Assembly (NCBI GenBank): GCA_964645485.1
Contig: CAZXZO010000010.1
Coordinates: forward strand, 1-57,226
Reading direction: 5' to 3'
DNA: 57,226 nt
Origin: an uncultured Candidatus Poseidoniales archaeon
GTDB lineage: Archaea; Thermoplasmatota; Poseidoniia; Poseidoniales; Thalassarchaeaceae
Under the pieces are notes generated by a model that did not search any database, was not told the origin of the DNA, and saw only the letters and a list, made by a program, of their open reading frames with translations. Both the position numbers and the translations under genes were made by a program. Shown here piece by piece: positions 1 to 9,514 of the stretch. Numbering within the stretch: the first letter of the stretch is position 1; every line of letters begins with the position of its first letter.

Positions 1-305
1 ATGATTGAAGCGTTTGTGGTATTTGCAAAAACCTGAACTCCTGGGTCTATCGTTAGCCTTACCCCCTGTTGTACAGAAACAGGACTGTTGAGGTAGTAGG
101 GCGAGTTTGCAGAAGTCCACGTAGTATTGAATGAGATTACTGTTCCCACATTTGTACTCATGCGCGGAGATTCTAATTCTAATTCAGGAGAAATATCACC
201 CGAATATTCTTCTTCAAAATTAATCATCTCAGACCATGAAATTGTAATCATTGAGAAACAAACTAGGATTAGTAATAATTTGCTCACTTTCTTATTTGTT
301 GACAT
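1..305 (-). CDS. 5' part of a secreted/surface protein with a beta-helix-type N-terminal motif (runs off the left edge)
   Basis: Not in the ORF track. Manual translation from ATG 305 is open to the edge: MSTNKKVSKLLLILVCFSMITISWSE...TTWTSANSPYYLNSPVSVQQGVRLTIDPGVQV. This is a signal peptide plus the WTxxNSPY...V..G.LTI.PGV motif typical of parallel beta-helix surface proteins. Confidence 0.7.
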   Translation of the reverse strand, partial: MSTNKKVSKLLLILVCFSMITISWSEMINFEEEYSGDISPELELESPRMSTNVGTVISFNTTWTSANSPYYLNSPVSVQQGVRLTIDPGVQVFANTTNASI

Positions 306-502
306 TGGATTCACCCTTTTTTTCAAATGACTATGAAACCATTAAGGTCGCAGTTCTATCAAACCAGACAGTGTATCTCATATCAAATATTCCCCGGTCA
401 ATAATTGAAACAATGTTGATTGGTTTTTTCTGAGTTCAATTTTGTTTTTTGGTAAATCTTGGAATAGTGGGGTTTTCATGCACTCCCTGTGTCGGCCCGA
501 CT

Positions 503-2734
503 GTGAACCGAGCACGCCCTTGCGCATACCTTCTGGTCTTGGTGATGGTTTTACCCCTGATTGGGACAATACAACCTGCTGAAAATCCCCTCAAAGAATC
601 AACTTACTCGGCTCAGATTCTTACTACCGGCCAAACCTTGGAAATACCTGAGCAAATAGCGATGCCAACATTTGGTGTGTCGCAGTGGTGGGAATACACA
701 ACTCTTGACTTAAATCGTAATGGAATTCATGATTCTCTTGAAACCGCGATTGGACCAGTAAATGTGGGTCTCTCGTATGACCATACACCCACGTCAATTG
801 ATGAAGAAAGAGTTGAAGCACTTGGGCATTCTGTAAATCTACTTTTACACTCTGTTGACGCTTTACTTATTGGCACTGTAAACGCTTCTGATGTTTGGGC
901 ATTAGCCCAACTTGAAGGCGTAGTGATGGTAGAGAGGTACGGCGTTCTTACATTCTATGGTGATATTCAAACACCTGCGGTGAAAGCGCGCAATTCGTCA
1001 TATTATCCCGTGGGTGCATGGGATTTGGGAGTTAGTGGTGATGGAGTAAATATCGCCTTGACTGATACGGGTGTTGACAGTGAACACCCCGGTTTAGAGG
1101 GCAAGCACATTGCTGGCTACGATGCAGTATGTTTCATGCATACTGACCCAACATGTGCTCCTACTGCAAGAGAAACCGATGGCTCGTTCGACCCTGATGA
1201 TGGGAATCAACATGGTACAGCATGTATGGGGATGGCTGCAGCAACTGGTTTGGAGGCAGATGGTACTCAGTCAGAATATTATGGCAGTGCACCTGATGCG
1301 ACACTGGTTGATGTGCGCATCGGAACCGATGCAGGAGCAGGACCATTTGAGAATTATATCTTGGAGCAAGAATTCTATGAATCTGCCATGAATGGTGTAC
1401 AATGGATTATTGATAATCGCGATACCGCATGGCAAGGTGTTGATGAGAAGTACTACGGGATAGACATTATTTCCTTATCTTGGGGAATAACCAGTCATGA
1501 AGGTGGCGGCTCAGATGGCGAAGATATGCATAGCCGCATTCTCAACGAAGCGGTTGATGCTGGAGTTACTCCCAGCGTCGCGGCTGGTAATGATGGGCCA
1601 AATAATGACGGCCTTTCTGGAATGGGGTCTTCAAGTCTTTCAATCACAGTAGGGGCAACTGATGACATCAACACAATCAACCGAGAGGATGACATCGTTG
1701 CAGGGTATTCAAGTCGTGGACCACGAAGAGATAATGGGGATAGTAACCCGTACAACGAACTAAAGCCAGAAATTAGTGCGCCTGGAACAAACATCATTCA
1801 AGCAGAAGGATGTGTAACTTCTGGAGGTTGCACGAATTTCCTAGGAATTGGTGATGCTAGTGATAACACATACACCGGCCGTGGTTCAGGGACATCATAT
1901 GCGACTCCATCGGTTACCGGTATCATCGCTTTGGTTATGGAGGCAAATCCTGACCTCGACCCCTTACAAATCAAAGAAGTTCTCAAGCAGACTGCAGAAC
2001 GCAGAGGTCCAGCATCAGTACCTGATGTTGACCCATACTGGAATCGAGATTTTGGATACGGTATGGTTGACGCTTACGAAGCAGTCAAATTGGCTCAACA
2101 TTTGAACCAGACCGAGCAATCTGCTAACATCGACCCATATTTGCAAAATCACCTTCTTGATTACAATGTGACAGGGTCAACTGGGACCATAGTTGGTCAT
2201 TCATGGGGTCAGCAAGGCGTTGTGGAACGTGTAGAATTTCGCATTGGTGAAGGTGAATGGAGTGAAGCAACTTACGAAATTGCAGAAAATCTATCAGCTG
2301 GTGAATCGTTTAACTGGACTGTGGTTTTGAATTTAGATGGCCTAAGTAATGGCAATCAAACCGTTGAAATCCGTTCAGTATCAGGAGAGATGACATCTCT
2401 TCCAGTTCTAGTCACAGTAGAGGGAACAGGTCTTGGAATGGAGGCAGCAAGTGGAAGCGTTGTTGTGTACGCACTTGGGTTGGCAATACTTGTGATGTTA
2501 CTAGCCGCAGTTATCGGGTGGAGAATGCATAGTGTAAGTAGTGAATTGTCAAAGGATTCAGAAAATCTCAACCAATCTGTAATGGATGCTGAACTCGTAG
2601 TTAGCAGAGATAATTCTCCAACCGACAATTTTGAGTCACTCACAGTCGCTGAGTTGAAGGATTTGTTACAACAAAAAGGTCTCCCAAAGAGTGGTAACAA
2701 ACAGAATTTGGTTGACCGGCTTCGAGATAACTGA
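503..2734 (+). CDS. Subtilisin-like S8 serine peptidase, membrane-anchored, with a C-terminal SAP domain
   Basis: Catalytic triad motifs LTDTGVD, HGTACMG and GTSYATP. Probable GTG start at 503 gives a signal peptide (the ORF track starts at 449). TM helix VVVYALGLAILVMLLAAVIGW, then SAP-like LTVAELKDLLQQKGLPKSGNKQNLVDRL. Confidence 0.92.
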   Translation: MNRARPCAYLLVLVMVLPLIGTIQPAENPLKESTYSAQILTTGQTLEIPEQIAMPTFGVSQWWEYTTLDLNRNGIHDSLETAIGPVNVGLSYDHTPTSIDEERVEALGHSVNLLLHSVDALLIGTVNASDVWALAQLEGVVMVERYGVLTFYGDIQTPAVKARNSSYYPVGAWDLGVSGDGVNIALTDTGVDSEHPGLEGKHIAGYDAVCFMHTDPTCAPTARETDGSFDPDDGNQHGTACMGMAAATGLEADGTQSEYYGSAPDATLVDVRIGTDAGAGPFENYILEQEFYESAMNGVQWIIDNRDTAWQGVDEKYYGIDIISLSWGITSHEGGGSDGEDMHSRILNEAVDAGVTPSVAAGNDGPNNDGLSGMGSSSLSITVGATDDINTINREDDIVAGYSSRGPRRDNGDSNPYNELKPEISAPGTNIIQAEGCVTSGGCTNFLGIGDASDNTYTGRGSGTSYATPSVTGIIALVMEANPDLDPLQIKEVLKQTAERRGPASVPDVDPYWNRDFGYGMVDAYEAVKLAQHLNQTEQSANIDPYLQNHLLDYNVTGSTGTIVGHSWGQQGVVERVEFRIGEGEWSEATYEIAENLSAGESFNWTVVLNLDGLSNGNQTVEIRSVSGEMTSLPVLVTVEGTGLGMEAASGSVVVYALGLAILVMLLAAVIGWRMHSVSSELSKDSENLNQSVMDAELVVSRDNSPTDNFESLTVAELKDLLQQKGLPKSGNKQNLVDRLRDN

Positions 2735-2801
2735 TTTTTGGGTCTCTCAGTTTTGAGATTCATAACATGGTATTGATAATCTCGGCACCGGTCGGTCGGC
2801 T

Positions 2802-3977
2802 ATGGCCGAGTTTAGCGAGCGAGCAAAAGCCATCCAGCCAACTGGAGTTCGCAAGATGTTTGACTTGGCTGGCAAGGACTCTATCCACCTAGGTCTAGGG
2901 GAGCCAGATTTCCAACCGCCAGATATCGCTATAGAGGCATTTTACCAAGCCATGAAAGATGGTCACAACAAGTATACTACTACTGCAGGACTAGCAGAAC
3001 TCAGAGCAGAAATAGCAAGTTTGTGGACTCACTTAGAGCCAGGACTTACCGAGGATGATGTTTGTGTTACCATGTCGGGCACCAATGCATTACTCTCTCT
3101 ATCGCTTTGTTTCTTGAATCAAGGAGATAAAATTCTCCTGCCGGACCCCTCTTTCCCACTGTACGGACCACACGCAACTATCACGGGTGCAGAACCACTG
3201 TTTTACCCATGCACATTTGAAAATGAGTTTGTACCGACAATCGATTCTCTTGAAGCACTAATTGATGAGAACACGAAGGCTATTATCTACAACTTTCCTA
3301 GCAATCCAACTGGAGCAACAATCACAATTGAACAGCGTGATGAATTACTAGAATTTGCTAGGCGTCATGACTTGTGGCTGATTACCGACGAAGTTTATGA
3401 CAGGATAATCTATGATCAGCCCCATGTCTCCTTTTTGGGTGGAGGATATGACAAAGTTGTGATGATTCAATCGTTTTCTAAGACCTTTGCAATGACTGGA
3501 TGGCGGATTGGATACATTCTTTCTAGCAATCAAGAAATAATGAACCAAGCCAAAAAAATGCAGTATTATGTTACTGCTTGTTCAACCGATGCAATGCAGT
3601 ATGGGGTATTAGCCGCGCTTGAAAAGGCAGCCCATTACCCAACTGAAATGCGAGATGCATTTTGGCAACGGCGTGACTTGATTTGCCAACGATTGAATGC
3701 AATGGAAGGAGTTTCCTGCCATATTCCCGAGGGTGCATTCTATGTTTTTCCTAAATTTGATTTTCCAGGGTGGACCAGTGTTGATGTTGCTCTAGAGATT
3801 CTCAAAGAAGGGGTTGTTTGCTCTCCTGGCTCGGCGTTCGGGGTTGCTGGTGAAGGGCACCTCCGATTTGCCTATACAATTGGGGTTGAGAAAATTGAAG
3901 CAGCAATGGATATTGTTGAATCAGTGTTGGCTCGAATCAAAGATTCACCGCCACCAAAAGATGAAACCGAATTTTAG
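2802..3977 (+). CDS. PLP-dependent aminotransferase class I/II (aspartate aminotransferase-like)
   Basis: LGLGEPDF, YNFPSNPTG, DEVYD and PLP-lysine motif SFSKTFAMTGWRIGY. Confidence 0.95.
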   Translation: MAEFSERAKAIQPTGVRKMFDLAGKDSIHLGLGEPDFQPPDIAIEAFYQAMKDGHNKYTTTAGLAELRAEIASLWTHLEPGLTEDDVCVTMSGTNALLSLSLCFLNQGDKILLPDPSFPLYGPHATITGAEPLFYPCTFENEFVPTIDSLEALIDENTKAIIYNFPSNPTGATITIEQRDELLEFARRHDLWLITDEVYDRIIYDQPHVSFLGGGYDKVVMIQSFSKTFAMTGWRIGYILSSNQEIMNQAKKMQYYVTACSTDAMQYGVLAALEKAAHYPTEMRDAFWQRRDLICQRLNAMEGVSCHIPEGAFYVFPKFDFPGWTSVDVALEILKEGVVCSPGSAFGVAGEGHLRFAYTIGVEKIEAAMDIVESVLARIKDSPPPKDETEF

Positions 3978-3985
3978 GTGATTTT

Positions 3986-4567
3986 TTGATTTCAAGTATT
4001 ATTCAAATCTTTTCAGGACTAATTTTTGCATTATTTTTACCACGTCTACCTTTGATGATTTTACCTAGATTAAATGTGATGGATGGCCAATTAGCACCTT
4101 TTCCAATGCCACAACCAATTGACAAACATTTGATTTCTCAGATGTTGATAATGAGTACTTTATGGAAACTCTCTTTCCTATTTGCTCTTATCCCATTGGC
4201 AATTGGATTCCTTATCCTGACATCGTTCGCTTCGCCAATTGCATTTGGATTATTCATTGGTGCTGGATGGGCGATATTAGCTAGACTGATTCCAACACAC
4301 GGTTTTTCTTTTCCAAACACCCCTTACTCGACAGAGTTAATCCATGAGTTGAATGAAATTCGAATTAATGAACCAACCTGTTGCAGTTCACCAGAGATTT
4401 CTTGGGAGACAATTTCAGTTAGGTGTCAAAATTGTAGTGCATCGCATTTGGACAGAGCACGACCAGATTTGGGCAGACTAAGAAACGATGGATTTCTTGG
4501 TAGATTGAGGTTGCTTTTCTTGGATGGACATCCAATCATCAACAATCCTCAAGATGATTCAGAATGA
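3986..4567 (+). CDS. Hypothetical membrane protein with a Cys cluster (CC...RCQNC)
   Basis: 193-aa ORF 8 bp after the aminotransferase, with GAGGTGA-like SD (taggtga), three hydrophobic segments and host-like codon use. Confidence 0.65.
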   Translation: MISSIIQIFSGLIFALFLPRLPLMILPRLNVMDGQLAPFPMPQPIDKHLISQMLIMSTLWKLSFLFALIPLAIGFLILTSFASPIAFGLFIGAGWAILARLIPTHGFSFPNTPYSTELIHELNEIRINEPTCCSSPEISWETISVRCQNCSASHLDRARPDLGRLRNDGFLGRLRLLFLDGHPIINNPQDDSE

Positions 4568-4582
4568 AAAAATGTAGAGATG

Positions 4583-5761
4583 TTAATCATCATCGTTTGA
4601 AAATGACTCAATTGTGTCTCTCGCTTTAGCAAGAGCGGACAGCATCTCACCTTTGTTGCCCTTGACAAGATTTGGTTCATCATTTTCATGTGTATTGTCG
4701 AGTTCACCGTTCTCATCATTCTGTTGCGAATCGTCGTCCTCCACACCATCTTCGGAATCAATTTCTGAACCATCTGTGAGAAGAAGTTGGTCCGAATCCT
4801 CCAAATCTTCCCATTGTGACTCGATATTTACTAGCCAATCAGGTAGGTCATGTCGGCCACCACCTAGAACAGCCATGGTTGTAAAAGTGGCTAGAGGGAG
4901 AACTGCTAGAGCAACTAGCATATCAAGAAAGGAAGTTTCAGGAACTTCGACACTGACTGGAAGAAATGCCTCAATAATGCTTTTTTCAAGGGCTATTTGT
5001 TGCCACTGAGAGACATCTGGTTGAATTAGGTCGAAGGCAAACCCAACGATTATCCTACCAACCAGCCACAGAATTAACACAGGAAACATCCAGTTTATTT
5101 TTGTCACTGTAACTAGAAATCTCCTAGCAGTTGATGCTGCACCCACAAATCTTTGGGCAAACTTAGGAAAACTTCTCAGTATTAATGCTAAAGACACAAG
5201 ATATCCAACCATTGATAATTCAAGAAGTCGATTAGGAACTAACCACTCTGAAGGAATGAATTTTAACATCAAAAGTGGACTGATAGCAAGTAAAATCTGA
5301 AGCGGCGCAGCCAGCATTTGCAAACCGCCGTGAACCTCTAATAAAGTGCGATCACCTTCTATCATTTCCCGGTTCACAATCTTCATCATTTTTCCAGATG
5401 GGGAACTTAACAGATGAGTTCTCGCCCGGTCAACCATTGCCGCGTCCTTCACTAATCGGCTTGCGCCTAGAACTGGCATCCAACCACCCTTGTCAGCGAC
5501 TGAAATAGGCATCCAACCTCCTACAACTAAAGCAAGAACAAGTGAAAGTATTCCATATCCTAGTGAACCACTAAGAATCCACGGAATGAGGTCGACTCGG
5601 AGAAGAGCCCTTTCACCAAGAATTCCGCCGAAATCAATGAAATACGTCGCTGAAAATGCGATGGCAGGTGCGAGTAAAACTTGACCACACACAATAATGG
5701 TGAGCCAAAACCTCTCGAGGAGCGTGCTCCTTTTCTCTGCCACGCTCCCACCCACTCTCAC
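4583..5761 (-). CDS. Hypothetical multi-pass membrane protein with an acidic C-terminal tail
   Basis: 392-aa ORF with about 6 hydrophobic helices. Start uncertain (GTG 5761 or 5743). Confidence 0.7.
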   Translation of the reverse strand: MRVGGSVAEKRSTLLERFWLTIIVCGQVLLAPAIAFSATYFIDFGGILGERALLRVDLIPWILSGSLGYGILSLVLALVVGGWMPISVADKGGWMPVLGASRLVKDAAMVDRARTHLLSSPSGKMMKIVNREMIEGDRTLLEVHGGLQMLAAPLQILLAISPLLMLKFIPSEWLVPNRLLELSMVGYLVSLALILRSFPKFAQRFVGAASTARRFLVTVTKINWMFPVLILWLVGRIIVGFAFDLIQPDVSQWQQIALEKSIIEAFLPVSVEVPETSFLDMLVALAVLPLATFTTMAVLGGGRHDLPDWLVNIESQWEDLEDSDQLLLTDGSEIDSEDGVEDDDSQQNDENGELDNTHENDEPNLVKGNKGEMLSALAKARDTIESFSNDDD

Positions 5762-5910
5762 TTTGAGCCATATTCTCTTCGCTACAACAGTGCCGAAAAG
5801 GCTGATATTTCAACAACCAGTTTTACGCCAAATAGGTGGGGAAATGCCACATCTGTCCTAGACAGATGCCAATCAACCTTTTTATCTCGATTCGGTTGGG
5901 ACCACTGTTG

Positions 5911-8900
5911 ATGCGAATGAGCCGGCTGAAATCCGTTACCCTTACTCTGTTGTTAGTTGCTACATTAATCGCGCCGATTTCAGCAAATGTAGGCGCCTCA
6001 GGCCCAAAATCAATGGTTGATTTTACAATTGAAGATATTTCCATAGGGAATACTTCGGTAGTCGCGTTTCAATGGGAGCAACCAGACGGCACTCAGATGG
6101 ATTATTTCTTGAAAGAATCTGTTTTACCTATCCAAGTGACCTTCAAACAGGCTGGTTCTTCACTACAGACAACATCAGCAACAGGTTACATCGAAGTTTG
6201 GCACCCTGTTGGTGTTAAAGTCGCAGAATGGAATTATTCTCTATCTCTTTCTGGTGGACAATCAGTTATTCACGAAGTTGTTTGGACTGCCGAAGCGGCT
6301 CACAGTCAACTCGATGATAATGGAACTTTGAGTGGTGGATACATAATCAAAGGTGTAGTTGATGCTGGAATAGCAGAAGGTGATACCTCAAACGATGTTA
6401 CAGAAGAACATGTCCCAATCGCTATTTTCTTTGATGATATGGATAGAGGCATGTGCGGAGATAATGATGGTGATAGTTCAATGGACTGTCCCGGTGCAAC
6501 TTACAATTCACCTACATTTGCGTCAGTAGGTCTTGACACTAATGGCCAAACAGATGGGCATGGTCCATGGCAGATGGACAATTCTTCGGGTTTTGTTGGC
6601 ACAAAACACTGGCGACATTCGGTTCCCGGTCAAGACTATGTCAGTAATGGTAATGACCACATTATTTGGGGTTGGTTCATTCCCGGAGGGGCGACTTGTG
6701 AGGACCCTGGTCATGGACTAGGTTGGGGTGTAACCGCAAACGAACTAAATGGGTTGTACGCTGCTCCATTCTGCAAAGTTTCACTTACAGGTGGCAATTA
6801 CATTTCAATGCAACTGGCCACTCAAGCATGGGGAAGTTTAGGCCTCGGCAATGACGAAGTTTCCATAGAAGCAACTTCTGCAGGTGCAGTCATTGCCACC
6901 AAGAATTTGTCAGAGTCTGGAATTAGTGGTGCTACAGATGATTGGACCCCTGTAATTTGGGATGTGGGTGCGAACACAAGCACTCAGGTTTTCAGTTTGA
7001 GTTACCATTTCCAGAGTGATAATTCAGGTGCTTCGCCAGGTTTCCATATTGATCAATTTGCATTATTTGGAATTGAGAAAGTTCAAGAATACACAATAAC
7101 AGTAGAATGTGATAATCCAGAAACTGGATATCTTGTAATTCCTGCAGACCCAATGCCGCCTTCTCTTTACTGTACTTTGACTAACAACGGCTACCGAGAA
7201 AAGGCATTGCAAATCCTTTCTTTAATAGATAATGAAACATGGATGAATCAGTATTCACCAATTCGAATTGACTCAAACAATATCAATGACCATGATTACA
7301 GTGTACCATTAAATCCAATAGGATTCAATGAAACTACCGAGTTCTGGGTGAATCTAACAATCCCGCCAGGGTCAAATGTAGAACAACTTGAGTGGAATGT
7401 TTCACTGTTAGATTACTATACAGGTGAAGCAAAAGAGATTATTTCCATACCTCTTTCAGTAGACGCGTCGTATTCTGTTGATGTTACACATTATAGCCCA
7501 AGTGAAGTGCCAAACATTGCCCCTGATGAGTCAGGACTTGTCAAATTTAGACTTTCTAACACTGGGAATCAAATGGCGTATTGGAATCTAAATGCTTTCT
7601 TCAATCGTAGCGAGTGGGGTAGTTCACATTACAGATTCTTAGATGCAGATGTAAATGGAACCGAAATCACCTTCATGCAGTTGGCGAAGGGTGAAGACCG
7701 AGATTTCTGGGCAGAATTCACAACTCCTTCAATGCTTTCACCAGGCCTTACAGAAGTGACAATTCTAGCCGCAGGACAATCTCCTGCAACTGCTCAACAG
7801 ACAAAGAAAATTAGCATTAACACTCCTCAAATCAACGATTTAACCATGGTTGCCTCTGAATTACAGATTACAGCGGAAGCAGATGGAAGAACAAGGATTG
7901 TTGAGATTGAATTGACAAATAATGGTAACGCGCCAGAACGATTTGACTTGACATTAACTGCCGATTGGCGACTTGATGCCACACTAAGCCAACCAATAAC
8001 TGAAGAAATTGGAGCCAATGGAGACAGTTCAACAATCCTCCTTGTCATGCCCATGCCCTACGGAATTAGGCCAGATACATATTTCCTAACTGCTCGGGCT
8101 TCATCTCAGGATAATCCACAATTCTTCAAATTAGTACAGGTTGAATTAACCGTTGAGCCAACATATCTTATCGATGTCGAAGATGTTGATATGAGTGGGC
8201 AGACATTCCAAGGCGGTGCTGATGTAAAGACGATTTCATTTGAAGTCACAAATAACGGTAATGATTATGATGAATTTACAATTGATATTGATGCTCCTGC
8301 TGGAATGAACGCAGAAGTAATTCAGAGTGACCAATATAATCCCGATAATCCACCTTCTGTGGCCCAAGGTGCATCGGTGAATATTACCGTTGAATATTCA
8401 TTTGACATTGGAACAAATGGCCTTCTCGAGATGGTTGTTACAGCCCATTCAATTCAATCAGGAGGGTCTGCTGGTGGGGCAGGTTCTGCAACTTTCCAAG
8501 TTGGTAGCCAAGGGTGGATTGATTTAACTGCTGGTTCGATAGTTTCCCTTGATTCTGAGGGCTGGGTACTAGCCAACTTGACGATTCACAACCGGCATCC
8601 AACAAACTCACAATTCATTCGCCTTGATGTAGACCCAGGCAATGCCAGACAATTCTCTTCAGTGCGTGTACAAAGCGAAGATTCATCTTTCGTTCTTGAC
8701 CCTGATGCGAAGAGATCTGCGGCAATCAAATTTTCACTAACAGAAACTCAATTCTTGAACTTACCAGAGGATGAAATATTGTTTAATATCACAGTCATTG
8801 CAACTGGTGACGATGATGTTTCTGAAACCATCGTCCAAGTCAGGGTGATTAGAGAATCTTCAACCGGGGTGAATGCAGAAGCAGAAGGCGGAATTGGGAT

Positions 8901-9348
8901 TGTTAATATCATTGCATTTATTCTTGGAGGAATTGTAGTAATTGCTTTGATTGTAGTTCTGATTAAGGTCGTATTATCAACAAACCGTGAAGAAGATGAG
9001 ATTCTTTCTCTAGAGGGATATCAACGCCAATTAGAGGAAACATACGGCAGCATGCCTGCTGCTCCTGACGTCCCCGTTGGTGGAGGCGGAGCGCCATCAC
9101 TACCAGTTACCGACGAAGTCGCAAATTCTGCCTATGGAGGCGCAGCCGATATCTTTGAGCAACAAATGACAGTTACTCCCGCTGGTAGTCCACCTGCCGG
9201 CAGCCCACCTGCACCAGCGCCTGCAAGCGTCGAATCGGTACCCGCAGGTGCACCTCCTTTACCACCGGGTGGATTACCTGATGGTTGGGACATGACTCAA
9301 TGGGCACATTATGGTGAACAGTACCTAGAACAGAAAGGGCTCAAGTGA
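5911..9348 (+). CDS. Large secreted, C-terminally membrane-anchored protein with tandem Ig/CARDB-like repeats
   Basis: About 1145 aa. Signal peptide; repeated (L/F)xxxNxGN motifs (LTNNG, LSNTGN, LTNNGN, VTNNGN); TM IVNIIAFILGGIVVIALIVVLIKVVL; Pro-rich tail ending GGLPDGWDMTQWAHYGEQYL. Start chosen ahead of the signal peptide (the ORF track gives 5836). Confidence 0.8.
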   Translation: MRMSRLKSVTLTLLLVATLIAPISANVGASGPKSMVDFTIEDISIGNTSVVAFQWEQPDGTQMDYFLKESVLPIQVTFKQAGSSLQTTSATGYIEVWHPVGVKVAEWNYSLSLSGGQSVIHEVVWTAEAAHSQLDDNGTLSGGYIIKGVVDAGIAEGDTSNDVTEEHVPIAIFFDDMDRGMCGDNDGDSSMDCPGATYNSPTFASVGLDTNGQTDGHGPWQMDNSSGFVGTKHWRHSVPGQDYVSNGNDHIIWGWFIPGGATCEDPGHGLGWGVTANELNGLYAAPFCKVSLTGGNYISMQLATQAWGSLGLGNDEVSIEATSAGAVIATKNLSESGISGATDDWTPVIWDVGANTSTQVFSLSYHFQSDNSGASPGFHIDQFALFGIEKVQEYTITVECDNPETGYLVIPADPMPPSLYCTLTNNGYREKALQILSLIDNETWMNQYSPIRIDSNNINDHDYSVPLNPIGFNETTEFWVNLTIPPGSNVEQLEWNVSLLDYYTGEAKEIISIPLSVDASYSVDVTHYSPSEVPNIAPDESGLVKFRLSNTGNQMAYWNLNAFFNRSEWGSSHYRFLDADVNGTEITFMQLAKGEDRDFWAEFTTPSMLSPGLTEVTILAAGQSPATAQQTKKISINTPQINDLTMVASELQITAEADGRTRIVEIELTNNGNAPERFDLTLTADWRLDATLSQPITEEIGANGDSSTILLVMPMPYGIRPDTYFLTARASSQDNPQFFKLVQVELTVEPTYLIDVEDVDMSGQTFQGGADVKTISFEVTNNGNDYDEFTIDIDAPAGMNAEVIQSDQYNPDNPPSVAQGASVNITVEYSFDIGTNGLLEMVVTAHSIQSGGSAGGAGSATFQVGSQGWIDLTAGSIVSLDSEGWVLANLTIHNRHPTNSQFIRLDVDPGNARQFSSVRVQSEDSSFVLDPDAKRSAAIKFSLTETQFLNLPEDEILFNITVIATGDDDVSETIVQVRVIRESSTGVNAEAEGGIGIVNIIAFILGGIVVIALIVVLIKVVLSTNREEDEILSLEGYQRQLEETYGSMPAAPDVPVGGGGAPSLPVTDEVANSAYGGAADIFEQQMTVTPAGSPPAGSPPAPAPASVESVPAGAPPLPPGGLPDGWDMTQWAHYGEQYLEQKGLK

Positions 9349-9514
9349 ATTCCCGGTTCAAATTGAAACGCCAATAGAAGTGAAATTGACGATTTTGGCC
9401 GTAATGGCTGATTCCACTAGGTTTCGTTAACCATCAAGTGAGCGGTTGCCCTTAAGAGGGAGGCGCGGGTCGCAAGCCCGCCCCATAGGGGCGAATATAC
9501 CGGAAGTGGTTGAA

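Noticed and set aside
127-569. ORF-track entries 127-330(+), 251-433(+) and 378-569(-)
   Set aside because: They are shadows of the real minus-strand gene starting at 305 and of the S8 promoter region; no motifs.
9349-9445. tRNA-like GGTTCAAAT after the large surface protein
   Set aside because: No cloverleaf stems around it.
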